From an uncultured Actinomycetota bacterium (GTDB lineage: Bacteria; Actinomycetota; Acidimicrobiia; Acidimicrobiales; Microtrichaceae), in NCBI GenBank assembly GCA_963715225.1, contig CAVQRK010000004.1, forward strand, positions 136,502-200,501: DNA of 64,000 nt, written 5' to 3'. The notes beneath the pieces are model-generated. The model saw only the letters and a program-made list of their open reading frames with translations. It did no database searches and had not been told where the DNA came from. The position numbers were made by a program, and so were the translations under genes. Each line of letters starts with the position of its first letter. Position 1 is the first letter of the stretch. This document shows, in pieces, positions 55,891 to 64,000 of this stretch.

Positions 55891-58051
55891 TCAGTAGGCG
55901 GTCAGTTGGACCGTCGTCGGTGAATCGGCATCGCTGAGTCCCAAGCCGGCAGCGCTCACCGTCCACAAGTCCCGCTCGACCACCACCGATCGCAGGATCT
56001 GGGTCCGCCATGGGTCAGCCTGCGGTGCGGGATGGAGGATCTTGCTCACGATGCTCAGTTGGTCGCCGTCCACCCCGAGCACCAGGGCCGAGGTGGTGGG
56101 CCCCCATGCGTCGGGCATCATGCAATTCACGTCGGGAGGACAGTCGAAGACCTCCTCGGAGTACTGCTCGAGGGGGAAAATGGCGTGCCGGGCGACGGGG
56201 TCCCAGGCGAACGCCAGAGGATCGTTCCCGACACTGGAATGGGCGTCGGGTATGACCACCTTGTCGATCTCCGTCGGTGAAGTTGGATCCGAGACATCGA
56301 AAAGAGAGGCCTTGAACCCGATGTCCATGCCGTCCTCGGTCGCCTCTCGTCCGATTCCCAACAACAAGTTGTCGCCCACGGGGTGTAGATACTCGGAGAA
56401 CCCGTTGATCTTCAGCTCGCCCAGGGCTCGGGGGTCGGTCGGGTCCGACAGGTCGATGGCGTACAGCGGATCGGTCTGTCGGAAGGTGACCACGTAGGCC
56501 ATATCGCCGATGAATCGCACCGACTGGACTCGTTCTCCCACCCCCAGATCCTCGACCGCGCCGATCTCGGTCAACGTGCCCGACTCGTCGGGTCGCAGGA
56601 TTGTGACCCGACCCTCGGTGGCAGGGATGAACTCCTCGGGGGCGATGATCCCGGGCTCATCGAGGTTCTCCACGGGCATTTCGAGCACCTCGGGCGACCC
56701 GGTCGGGTCATCGGTGGTGGTGACGATTCGCAGGTCGCCACCGGACTCCGACAGCGAGTACTGGTTCAGAGGAGCGCCCGGAACGATGCCCGATCCGGTG
56801 TAGACGGCCGGATCGTCGCCGGTCATGGCGAAGCGGTGCACGAAGGTGCTCGGACCAGCATCGCTCCAGCCGGTCGAGGTCACGAACATGGAATCCACCG
56901 ACGCATAGACGATGTCGGCCAATCCGGACACCGTGGCCGGCGCCAGGTCCTCCAGGGTCTCACCCACGGTCAGCACGCTGACGGTCGCAGGCGGTTCGAC
57001 GATCGTAAGCGCCCGGGCCTCCGGTGCGCCGCTGTCGACCAGGGGCACCACACCCGTGGTGCCACACTCACCGAGGGACGTCACCGCTCCGTCGGCGTCA
57101 CTCACTCTGGGAAGTACCTCGGAGGCGTCGAGATCGGCAACGACGGACGCCGCTCCGGCCAGGTCCTCGGACATCCGGAGCTGCGCCATGACCGGCATCG
57201 GTGACCGGACCACGATCCGCGCCGTTCCATCGACCATTCGAGCCGACACCAGTGATCCCTCCACGATTCGGTCCTCGACCACGGCGGGCCTTGAATCCTG
57301 TGCCAGATCGACCCGCAGGATCCTCACTCCCTGGTCGAATGGCACCGGCCTGGACCCATTTGTGGGATCCTGCCGCGGGCACCTCATTCGTCGCGCCGGC
57401 ACTGCCGTCCTCCTCTGGGATTCCGATGGGTCCGTCGTTGCCCCAGACGGGCAGGAGTACAACGGCTTCATCGCCCCGCAAGAACATCTGTCCGCCGTCG
57501 CCGAGGAACCCGTCGAGGCCGTACTCCGACAGGAGCAGTTCTCCGTCCACCGCCGGCGTGCCGTCAAGGGTTGTGACCCGGAGTGTCCCCTCGACGAGGG
57601 TGACGATGCGTCGACCGTCGGTCTTGACCAGGTCGGCCTCATCGACGCCCTGTTCCTGGATGTTGGTACCGGCCACGACCTCGCCGGCCTCCCCCTTGGT
57701 CGCAGCATCACCGGCCGCTCCGCTTCCAGTGGCCCCGTCTGCAGCCGCCCGGGGCGCCGATTCGGCGAATCCCTCAGCAGCGCTGGACTCGAGAACCATC
57801 ATGTCGTCGACGGCGCCGAACTGTCCGTTGCCGGAAGCCATCGTGAGGTCGAGCTGTTCCCGGGTGAGTTCCACCAACTCCCCGCAACTCAGGTCGGTGC
57901 GCAGGGAGGCCGATGTCTCTCCAAGTCCCGACAGCAGGGGTGTGCGCCCATTGTCGGCACAGCTTGCCCCGGCGACTGCAACGACGGCCGCTGCCGCGAC
58001 CGTTCGTATCCACAGTCGTGACCGTGAGCGTGAGCTTGCTGTCCTGAGCAT
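55891..58051 (-). pseudogene. beta-propeller domain (PF09826-like) secreted lipoprotein, +1 frameshift around 57340-57420
   Basis: The N-terminal ORF 57098..58051 (signal plus lipobox VAGASC; TNIQEQGVDEADLVKTDG) turns to Arg/Gly nonsense. The continuation ..PVPFDQGVRILRVDL...VTFRQTDPLYAIDLSDPTDPRALGELKINGFSEYLHP... is ORF 55891..57711 in the adjacent frame. Confidence 0.7.
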
Positions 58052-58146
58052 CGGATGACCTCCCGGCGGACGTCGTGCGCGCCCATCCTGATGCCAATGT
58101 GACGACCGGGATCCCGATTCGGTTCCCGAAACCCCAGATTTCGCGC

Positions 58147-58758
58147 TCAGGGGGCGTTGTGCTCGATCTCCAGCTGTTTGCGCCAGGCCGGCCGACTGGT
58201 CTCGAACTCGCCGATGGCGTCGGCATGGGCCAGCGTCAGGGCGATGTCGTCCAGGCCGTTCAGGAACCGGTGGGCGATCGAGTCGGCCAACGGGAAAGAC
58301 TCCAGGAAGTCGATTCCCTGCGCCTCGACAGTTCGCAGCTCGACGTCTATGACGATCTCGAGGGTCGGATCCAGGGTCACCGCGTCCATGAGGGTGCGGG
58401 CACCCTCCGCCGTCAGCTGTACGGGCACGAGCCCGTTCTTGGTGGCGTTGTTGGCGAAGATGTCACCGAAGCGCGCCGACACAACCGCCCGGAAGCCGTA
58501 CTGATGAAGCGCCCACACCGCGTGCTCGCGACTGGATCCCGTACCGAACTGCGGTCCGGCGATGAGGATGTTGGCGCCCGTGTGCTCCTCCTTGTTGAGT
58601 ACGAAGTCGCGGTCGTCACGCCATTCGGCGAACAGGCCTGCCTCGAAGCCAGTTCGTTCGACCCGCTTGAGCCAGTCCGAGGGAATGATCTGGTCGGTGT
58701 CCACATCGGAACGGTCGAGGGGCACAGCTGTGCCGGTGATGATCTGTACTGCGTCCAT
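58147..58758 (-). CDS. leuD: 3-isopropylmalate dehydratase small subunit
   Basis: VDTDQIIP, GPQFGTGSSREHAVWAL, GFRAVVSARFGDIF. The start overlaps the leuC stop (TGATG). Confidence 0.95.
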   Translation of the reverse strand: MDAVQIITGTAVPLDRSDVDTDQIIPSDWLKRVERTGFEAGLFAEWRDDRDFVLNKEEHTGANILIAGPQFGTGSSREHAVWALHQYGFRAVVSARFGDIFANNATKNGLVPVQLTAEGARTLMDAVTLDPTLEIVIDVELRTVEAQGIDFLESFPLADSIAHRFLNGLDDIALTLAHADAIGEFETSRPAWRKQLEIEHNAP

Positions 58759-60170
58759 CAGAGGTCCTCCGGGGTGGTGAAGTGTCCGGCGATGGCACTG
58801 GCGGCGGCCACTGCGGGGGATACGAGGTGGGTTCGGCCACCCCGCCCTTGGCGTCCCTCGAAATTGCGATTGGAAGTGCTTGCGCAGCGTTCGCCCTCGG
58901 AGAGCTTGTCGGGGTTCATGGCCAGGCACATCGAGCAACCCGGTTCGCGCCAGTCGAACCCGGCTGTGGTGAACACGGAGTCAAGTCCCTCCGCCTCGGC
59001 CTGGCGCTTCACCGCGAAGCTTCCGGGAACGACGAATGTCCGCACGCCGTCCGCAACCTTGCCTCCACTGGTGGTGATGACCTCAGCGGCGGAGCGAAGG
59101 TCTTCGATGCGGGAGTTCGTGCAGGAGCCGATGAACACCGCGTCCACGCCGACCTCGCGAAAGGCCTGGCCCGGAGTCAGGTCCATGTACTCGAGTGCCC
59201 GCTCGGCGGCGCTTCGCTCCACGGGATCGTCGAAGTCCTCGGGAGACGGAACCGAGCCCGAGACGGGGATCACCTGCCCGGGGTTGGTACCCCACGACAC
59301 ATGGGGCTCGATCGCCGCGGCGTCGAGGGTGATCTCCTTGTCGAAGGTCGCGCCTTCGTCGGTGAACAGGGTCTTCCAATCAGCCAGCGCCGCGTCCCAG
59401 AGTGCTCCGGACGGTGTCTTCTCGCGACCCTCCAGGTAGTCGAAGGTGGTCTGGTCGGGGGCGATCAGTCCGGCTTTGGCGCCGAGCTCGATCGACATGT
59501 TGCACACGGTCATCCGGCCCTCCATCGACAGTGCGCGGATGGCCGATCCCCGGTACTCCGCGATGTGCCCCATGCCGCCGGAGGTTCCGAGCTCGCCGAG
59601 CACGGCCAGGATGATGTCCTTTGGGGTGGTGCCCGGTCGCAGTTCGCCCTCGACGTTGATCGCCAGAGTCTTGGGCTTGTTCTGCTGGAGTGTCTGGGTG
59701 GCGAGAACGTGCTCCACCTCTGACGTACCGATTCCGAACGCAATTGCCCCGAACGCTCCGTGGGTGGCTGTGTGCGAGTCACCGCACACGACGGTCATTC
59801 CCGGCAGCGTCCGTCCCTGTTCGGGGGCCATGACGTGCACAATCCCCTGACCGGGGTCGCCCATGGGGAAGTTCACGATTCCGAACTCGGCGGTGTTGGC
59901 CCGCAGGGTGTCCACCTGTTTGCGGCTGATCGGATCGGCGATCGGTTTGTCGATGTCGGCGGTCGGGACGTTGTGGTCCTCGGTGGCGACCGAGAGGTCC
60001 GGACGCCGCACCGTGCGCCCGGTCATGCGCAGGCCGTCGAATGCCTGGGGCGAGGTGACCTCGTGCAGCAGGTGAAGGTCGATGTAGAGCAGGTCGGGCT
60101 CGCCGGGCGTCGATCGGACCACGTGGCGGTCCCAGACCTTCTCCGCGAGCGTGCGGGGACTGGCAGTCAC
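58758..60170 (-). CDS. leuC: 3-isopropylmalate dehydratase large subunit
   Basis: [59 protein letters not shown] at 60170 is preceded by AAGGGAG. Confidence 0.95.
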   Translation of the reverse strand: MTASPRTLAEKVWDRHVVRSTPGEPDLLYIDLHLLHEVTSPQAFDGLRMTGRTVRRPDLSVATEDHNVPTADIDKPIADPISRKQVDTLRANTAEFGIVNFPMGDPGQGIVHVMAPEQGRTLPGMTVVCGDSHTATHGAFGAIAFGIGTSEVEHVLATQTLQQNKPKTLAINVEGELRPGTTPKDIILAVLGELGTSGGMGHIAEYRGSAIRALSMEGRMTVCNMSIELGAKAGLIAPDQTTFDYLEGREKTPSGALWDAALADWKTLFTDEGATFDKEITLDAAAIEPHVSWGTNPGQVIPVSGSVPSPEDFDDPVERSAAERALEYMDLTPGQAFREVGVDAVFIGSCTNSRIEDLRSAAEVITTSGGKVADGVRTFVVPGSFAVKRQAEAEGLDSVFTTAGFDWREPGCSMCLAMNPDKLSEGERCASTSNRNFEGRQGRGGRTHLVSPAVAAASAIAGHFTTPEDL

Positions 60171-60260
60171 AAGTGCTCCCTTTGGGGGTTCTCGGTTTGG
60201 GGTGGCTTCATCTTGATCGGTCCATCTTGGTTGTCGACTCGGGCCTGGTTGTCGCTGTCT

Positions 60261-60272
60261 CATATAGTGAGA
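60261..60272. promoter_or_regulatory. LtbR-type operator motif CATATAGTGAGA in the leuC/iclR divergent intergenic region
   Basis: Exact match to the 12-bp motif CA(T/C)ATAGTG(A/G)GA that I recall being reported for Corynebacterium glutamicum LtbR. It is embedded in the imperfect palindrome CTGTCTCA-TATAG-TGAGATACAG and is AT-rich relative to its surroundings. Confidence 0.55.
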
Positions 60273-60287
60273 TACAGTTCTCAACCA

Positions 60288-60935
60288 ATGGAACCCACTG
60301 TAAGCGCCGTCGGGGTGCTCGACAAGTCGGTGCTGGTACTCAACTGCGTGGCCGTGGACAAGTGCTCGCTCGCGGAGATCGTACGGCGAACTGGATTGAG
60401 TCGGGCCACCGCACACCGCCTGGCCGTTGCACTCGTGGATCACGGACTGTTGCGCAGGACCGTCGACGGCCGATTCGCTCTGGGCCTGCACCTGTTGGCG
60501 CTGGGTCGCGCCTCGGCCGACCAGTTCCCTCTGGCGGAGCGCGCCCGGCCGGCAATGGAGGCGCTCCGGGATGAGACCGGGGAGTCCGTTCAGCTGTACA
60601 CGATCGACGGGGACTCCCGCGTCTGTGTGGCGGCGCTCGAGTCGCCCCACGGGTTGCGCACGATCGTCCCCGTCGGGGCAGTCCTGTCGCTGTCGCGGGG
60701 ATCGGCCGGCCGGGTACTCGGTGGTGGAGCCGATCCGTCCGGGTGGGTCGAATCCATCGAGGAACGTGAGTCAGGCGTGGCGAGCGTGTCCGCCGCGGTC
60801 CGCGATGCGGACGGAGAGGTGATCGCGGCCATATCCATCTCGGGTCCACTGGATCGGATGGGGCCTACACCCGGTGATCGACACGGCCCGGCGGTCGTGC
60901 AGGCAGCAGCCGCGGCAGGTACTGCCCAGGTCTGA
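60288..60935 (+). CDS. ltbR: IclR-family transcriptional regulator, LtbR-like (divergent from leuCD)
   Basis: N-terminal w[48 protein letters not shown]-terminal IclR effector domain ([24 protein letters not shown]). Same arrangement as Rv2989/leuC in M. tuberculosis and ltbR/leuC in Corynebacterium. Confidence 0.75.
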   Translation: MEPTVSAVGVLDKSVLVLNCVAVDKCSLAEIVRRTGLSRATAHRLAVALVDHGLLRRTVDGRFALGLHLLALGRASADQFPLAERARPAMEALRDETGESVQLYTIDGDSRVCVAALESPHGLRTIVPVGAVLSLSRGSAGRVLGGGADPSGWVESIEERESGVASVSAAVRDADGEVIAAISISGPLDRMGPTPGDRHGPAVVQAAAAAGTAQV

Positions 60936-60990
60936 GGTGCACCGTTTGGGGTAGCGCCGCGGTCGCGGCAGGTACTGCCCAGGTCTGAGG
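60911..60990 (+). repeat. 27-bp perfect direct repeat (period 53 bp) spanning the ltbR stop codon
   Basis: CGCGGCAGGTACTGCCCAGGTCTGAGG occurs at 60911-60937 and again at 60964-60990. The first copy contains the ltbR stop (TGA 60933-60935). Confidence 0.85.
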
Positions 60991-61000
60991 AGATAGCGCC

Positions 61001-62086
61001 TCAGCGTCGGGGGCGGCCGCGTTGGGCGGCTGCGCGCCGACGTGAGCGCTGGTTCACCTCACGCTTGTCGTCACGTTCTTGTTGCTCTGCCTCGGCCTCC
61101 AGGCGAACGACTTCGTCCAGCAGTGTGTGCCAGACCTCGAGCCGGTCTGCGCCGACCTCCCCGGCCTCGACCGCGGCGAGCAGCCCGCAGTCCGGCTCAC
61201 TGGTGTGGGTGCAGTCCGTGAACCGGCACTGCTGTGCGTGAGTCACCAGGTCGGCGAACGCTCCTTCGAGCCCCACGTCGGCATGCCACAGACCCACGCC
61301 TCGAATACCCGGCGTGTCTATCAACCACCGGTCGCGGCTCAGCTCCAGCATCTGACCCGCCGTGGTGGTGTGGCGGCCCCGACGGTCGCCCTCGCGCACC
61401 TCGGCGGTCAGCTGCACGCCACGCCCGGCCAGCGCATTGGCCAAGGTCGACTTGCCGGTGCCGGATGCGCCCAGCAGGGCGGCCACCGTTCCCTCCGGCA
61501 GTAGGGGGTCGAGCTCGTCGGTGCCCGGCGGTCCGGTGGACGACACACAGGTCACCGCCACCTCGGGCGCAAAGCGCTGGGCCTCGAGCCGTTCGGCCTC
61601 GGCGCGGACATCGTCCACGAGGTCGGCCTTGGTGAGTACGACCACCGGCGTGGCGCCGCTCTCCCAAGCAAGCACCATCTCGCGGGCCAGTCGGGAGGTG
61701 TTGACTCCGGCGTCGAGTGCCTGGAGAACCAGTACCACGTCCATGTTGGCGGCGAGGGCCTTGGCGTTCACCGAGACGTCGTCGCGAGCAGCGCCGGGAG
61801 CCCGCCGCTCGAAGACCGTCCTGCGATCGAGGATCTCCTCGATCCGCCCACTGCCGTCGTCGAGTGCACAGACATCTCCGACCACAACGCGTCGGACGGC
61901 CTTGGCGGCGACAACGAGGCGCTCGTTGCCACTCGAGTCGGTCACGGTGATTCCGCCCTTGTCGATGCGTACCACGCGCACCGGCACCAGCGAACCGTCC
62001 CTGTCGTCGGTATCGACCCATGCCCGCTGCCACTCCTGATCCCAGGCCGGTGGCCGGCTCGGCTCCTCGACAGCGTCGTCTCCCAT
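61001..62086 (-). CDS. rsgA: ribosome small-subunit-dependent GTPase A
   Basis: Circularly permuted GTPase: VLTKADL (G4) precedes GASGTGKSTL (G1). DTPGIR. Zinc knuckle CRFTDCTHTSEPDC. ATG at 62086 chosen. Confidence 0.85.
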   Translation of the reverse strand: MGDDAVEEPSRPPAWDQEWQRAWVDTDDRDGSLVPVRVVRIDKGGITVTDSSGNERLVVAAKAVRRVVVGDVCALDDGSGRIEEILDRRTVFERRAPGAARDDVSVNAKALAANMDVVLVLQALDAGVNTSRLAREMVLAWESGATPVVVLTKADLVDDVRAEAERLEAQRFAPEVAVTCVSSTGPPGTDELDPLLPEGTVAALLGASGTGKSTLANALAGRGVQLTAEVREGDRRGRHTTTAGQMLELSRDRWLIDTPGIRGVGLWHADVGLEGAFADLVTHAQQCRFTDCTHTSEPDCGLLAAVEAGEVGADRLEVWHTLLDEVVRLEAEAEQQERDDKREVNQRSRRRAAAQRGRPRR

Positions 62087-62170
62087 TGCCGCCAATGTTC
62101 GCACGATCCGCCAACTGTTGGGGGGTGCTTGTCCTCGGGGGCAGGCCCCGGCGGCACCTAGGGTGATGCG

Positions 62171-63763
62171 GTGCACCCAACGGGCCAGGTCACTCCACCG
62201 TCGCCGGGGGCGATCGCCGCCATAGACATCGGTACCAACTCGATCCACATGGTGGTGGCGCGCGTGGCCTCCGCCGAACGGTTCGAGGTGCTGACCAGGC
62301 ACAAGGAGATGGTTCGCCTCGGCTCTGGGGAGGGCGACATGAAGCATCTGCAGACGGATGCCATCGACCGTGGCGTGGCTGCCCTGCGGCGTTGCGAGGA
62401 GATCGCCAGGGGTTTCGACGCCGAGGTGTGGGCCGTTGCCACCTCCGCTGTACGTGAGGCCTCCAACGCCGCGGAGTTCCTACGACGTTCCGAGGACGAG
62501 GCGGGGGTGTCTGTCAACGTGATCTCCGGGGTGGAGGAGGCACGTCTGATCCAGCTCGGTGTGCTCCAGTCCCTCCCGGTGTTCGACCAGCAGATGGTCC
62601 TGATCGACGTCGGCGGTGGTAGCACCGAGATTCTCTTCGGCCGGGGAGCCGATGTGCGCTACGCGCGTTCGCTGAAGCTGGGGTCGCTGCGCATGACACG
62701 CCGCTTCTTCCCCGACGGCGTCGTGGAGGGAAATGCCGTCCAGCGATGCCGCAAGTCCATCCGTGCCCGCCTCGCCCCGGCAGTCCATGAAGCGGTGGGG
62801 CTGGGTCACGATGTCGCTGTCGCCTCATCGGGCACCGCGGAGGCGCTGGCTGCAATGGCAATCGCCGGCGAGGGAGGCGAGGTGCCGTCGGACATGAATG
62901 CCCAGGTCCTGACGCGAAAGGCGCTGGCAAAGGTGATCGACGATCTGGCGGGAGCAGCCACCACTGACGAGCGGAAGTCCCTGCCCGGCATCGATGGCGC
63001 CCGCGCGGACATCCTTCTCGGCGGTGCGCTTGTGCTCGAACAGACCTGCGACGCGTTCGGCATCGACGAACTGACGATCTCGGACTACGCGCTTCGTGAG
63101 GGAGTGCTACTCGATGCTCTGGCCCGACGGCTCGGGGTCGGGCTGCATCACCTTTCGGATCTGCGCAGAGCCTCGGTCACCCATCTGCTCGAGGCATGCG
63201 ACGACGATCCCGGGCATGCCCTGCAGGTGGCGCGGCTCGCCCTCCAGCTCCACGACCTGCTGGGCGACCGGCTCGAACTCGGCGACGATGACCGCGAGCT
63301 CCTGGAGGCAGCGGCACTTTTGAGCAACGTCGGGTTGTTCATCAGTCACAGCGCGCATCACAAGCACAGCTACTACGTGATCCGGAACTCGGAGCACCTG
63401 ACCGGGTTCACCGACAACGAGAAGGAAATGATCGCCCAGGTGGCTCGCTATCACCGCAAGAGCGCGCCGTCGGAGGACAAGCACCCTCTGTTTGCCGCGC
63501 TGGCGACCGAGGACCGTCGACGCGTACGGGCCATGGCCGCCCTGTTGCGGGTTGCAATCGCGCTTGACCGGAACCACGACGGCGGTGTGCAGTTCGTGAC
63601 CACGCTGGACCGCGACGGCCGGCAGGTGCTGCGACTGCACCCGGTCGACGAGCGGGACCTGGATCTGGAGTGCTTCACCGCCGCTGACCGGTCTGGGCTG
63701 CTGGAGCAGATGCTCGAGAGCGACGTCGTGTTCGAGGCCGCTTCTCCCAGCGAGACTGACTGA
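62171..63763 (+). CDS. Ppx/GppA family phosphatase with C-terminal HD-like domain
   Basis: AAIDIGTNSIHMVVA, ATSAVREASN, LIDVGGGSTE, C-terminal HHKHSYYVIRNSEHLTGF. Confidence 0.8.
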   Translation: MHPTGQVTPPSPGAIAAIDIGTNSIHMVVARVASAERFEVLTRHKEMVRLGSGEGDMKHLQTDAIDRGVAALRRCEEIARGFDAEVWAVATSAVREASNAAEFLRRSEDEAGVSVNVISGVEEARLIQLGVLQSLPVFDQQMVLIDVGGGSTEILFGRGADVRYARSLKLGSLRMTRRFFPDGVVEGNAVQRCRKSIRARLAPAVHEAVGLGHDVAVASSGTAEALAAMAIAGEGGEVPSDMNAQVLTRKALAKVIDDLAGAATTDERKSLPGIDGARADILLGGALVLEQTCDAFGIDELTISDYALREGVLLDALARRLGVGLHHLSDLRRASVTHLLEACDDDPGHALQVARLALQLHDLLGDRLELGDDDRELLEAAALLSNVGLFISHSAHHKHSYYVIRNSEHLTGFTDNEKEMIAQVARYHRKSAPSEDKHPLFAALATEDRRRVRAMAALLRVAIALDRNHDGGVQFVTTLDRDGRQVLRLHPVDERDLDLECFTAADRSGLLEQMLESDVVFEAASPSETD

Positions 63764-63773
63764 ACCGGACGGC

Positions 63774-64000
63774 TCAGCCTGGGCGGTTGGCGATCTGCTC
63801 CAGGAGCTGCACCATCTTCTCCTCGTTGGTGGGATCTGCATCGTCGTCACCCGACGAACGTCGTTCCGCGAGGGCGTTCATGGGCATGACCACCAGCAGG
63901 TAGATGGCGAACGCGGTGATGATGAACGTGATCGTCGTGGAGACCACGAGTCCCCAGGCGATGGTTGCGCCGCCCACGGTGAAGGATTCCCCGGCGAGGT
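63774..64000 (-). CDS. mscL: large-conductance mechanosensitive channel, N-terminus outside window
   Basis: TM2 plus C-terminal helix: TITFIITAFAIYLLVVMPMNAL....EEKMVQLLEQI. The frame stays open to base 64000. Confidence 0.75.
   Translation of the reverse strand, partial: LAGESFTVGGATIAWGLVVSTTITFIITAFAIYLLVVMPMNALAERRSSGDDDADPTNEEKMVQLLEQIANRPG

Overview
High-GC (by eye; not computed) chromosomal core region with Actinomycetota-type gene order. From memory it is collinear with the Mycobacterium tuberculosis Rv2987c-Rv3025c block. The order is iscS-mnmA, ligA, gatCAB, ilvD, ilvBNC, thrB-like/metY, amt, a KimA-type K+ transporter divergent from kdpDE, serC/aminotransferase, serA, leuCD divergent from an IclR (LtbR-like) regulator, then rsgA, ppx/gppA and mscL. 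Lineage-specific genes sit between these anchors: a PASTA Ser/Thr kinase, MFS/MATE/FetAB-like exporters, two acyl-CoA dehydrogenases plus an enoyl-CoA hydratase, an Eis-like GNAT, an S9 peptidase and a beta-propeller lipoprotein. I found no rRNA, tRNA, CRISPR array, transposase, integrase, prophage or recognisable defence island. Five things stand out. (1) Single-base indels are unusually dense and break or scramble conserved genes, including essential ones (gatB, gatA, iscS). Almost all are net +1 insertions, which points to assembly error rather than gene decay. (2) A 51-nt palindromic intergenic element occurs twice, about 20 kb apart, with compensatory base changes that preserve the stem. 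(3) kdpDE has no kdpFABC nearby and instead faces a KimA-like K+ transporter; the KdpD N-terminal P-loop is degenerate. (4) An exact match to the Corynebacterium LtbR operator motif lies in the leuC/iclR intergenic region. (5) A candidate Ile/Val rare-codon leader peptide and attenuator hairpin precede ilvB. Most long ORFs lying antisense to the called genes are high-GC artefacts.
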